Both the position numbers and the translations under genes were made by a program. A stretch of DNA of 35,042 bases. Source: Octopus bimaculoides. Taxonomy: Eukaryota. The stretch lies in the NCBI RefSeq assembly GCF_001194135.2, contig NC_068992.1, positions 21,593,450 to 21,628,491 on the forward strand, given 5' to 3'. Below the pieces are notes generated by a model, which was not told where the DNA came from, did not search any database, and saw nothing but the letters and a program-made list of their open reading frames with translations. Shown here piece after piece: positions 35,000-35,042 of the stretch; within the stretch, counting starts at the first letter, position 1; each line of letters opens with the position of its first letter.

Positions 35000-35042
<43 letters not shown>

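Overview
AT-rich, microsatellite-dense eukaryotic scaffold with many N gaps. The SINE families resemble those I know from octopus, so an octopod cephalopod origin is likely (inference, not a database result). I find no intact protein-coding gene, rRNA, true tRNA or CRISPR array. The window is a transposon graveyard. It holds a decayed Penelope-like element (RT + GIY-YIG, 5.4-7.0 kb), an internally deleted DD37D (maT-type) Tc1/mariner (33.3-34.0 kb), many RTE-clade LINE relics on both strands, an R4/Dong-like LINE relic, and about 25 copies of four tRNA-derived SINE families. Nearly all listed ORFs are microsatellite, gap or antisense-to-TE artefacts. The best second-look items are a head-to-tail SINE trimer with base-identical junctions, a ~150 bp local duplication, two degenerate hammerhead-like motifs and a perfect 13-bp hairpin inside a decayed LINE. 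I see no convincing novel biological system. All protein family calls come from manual translation and remembered motifs and need HMM confirmation.
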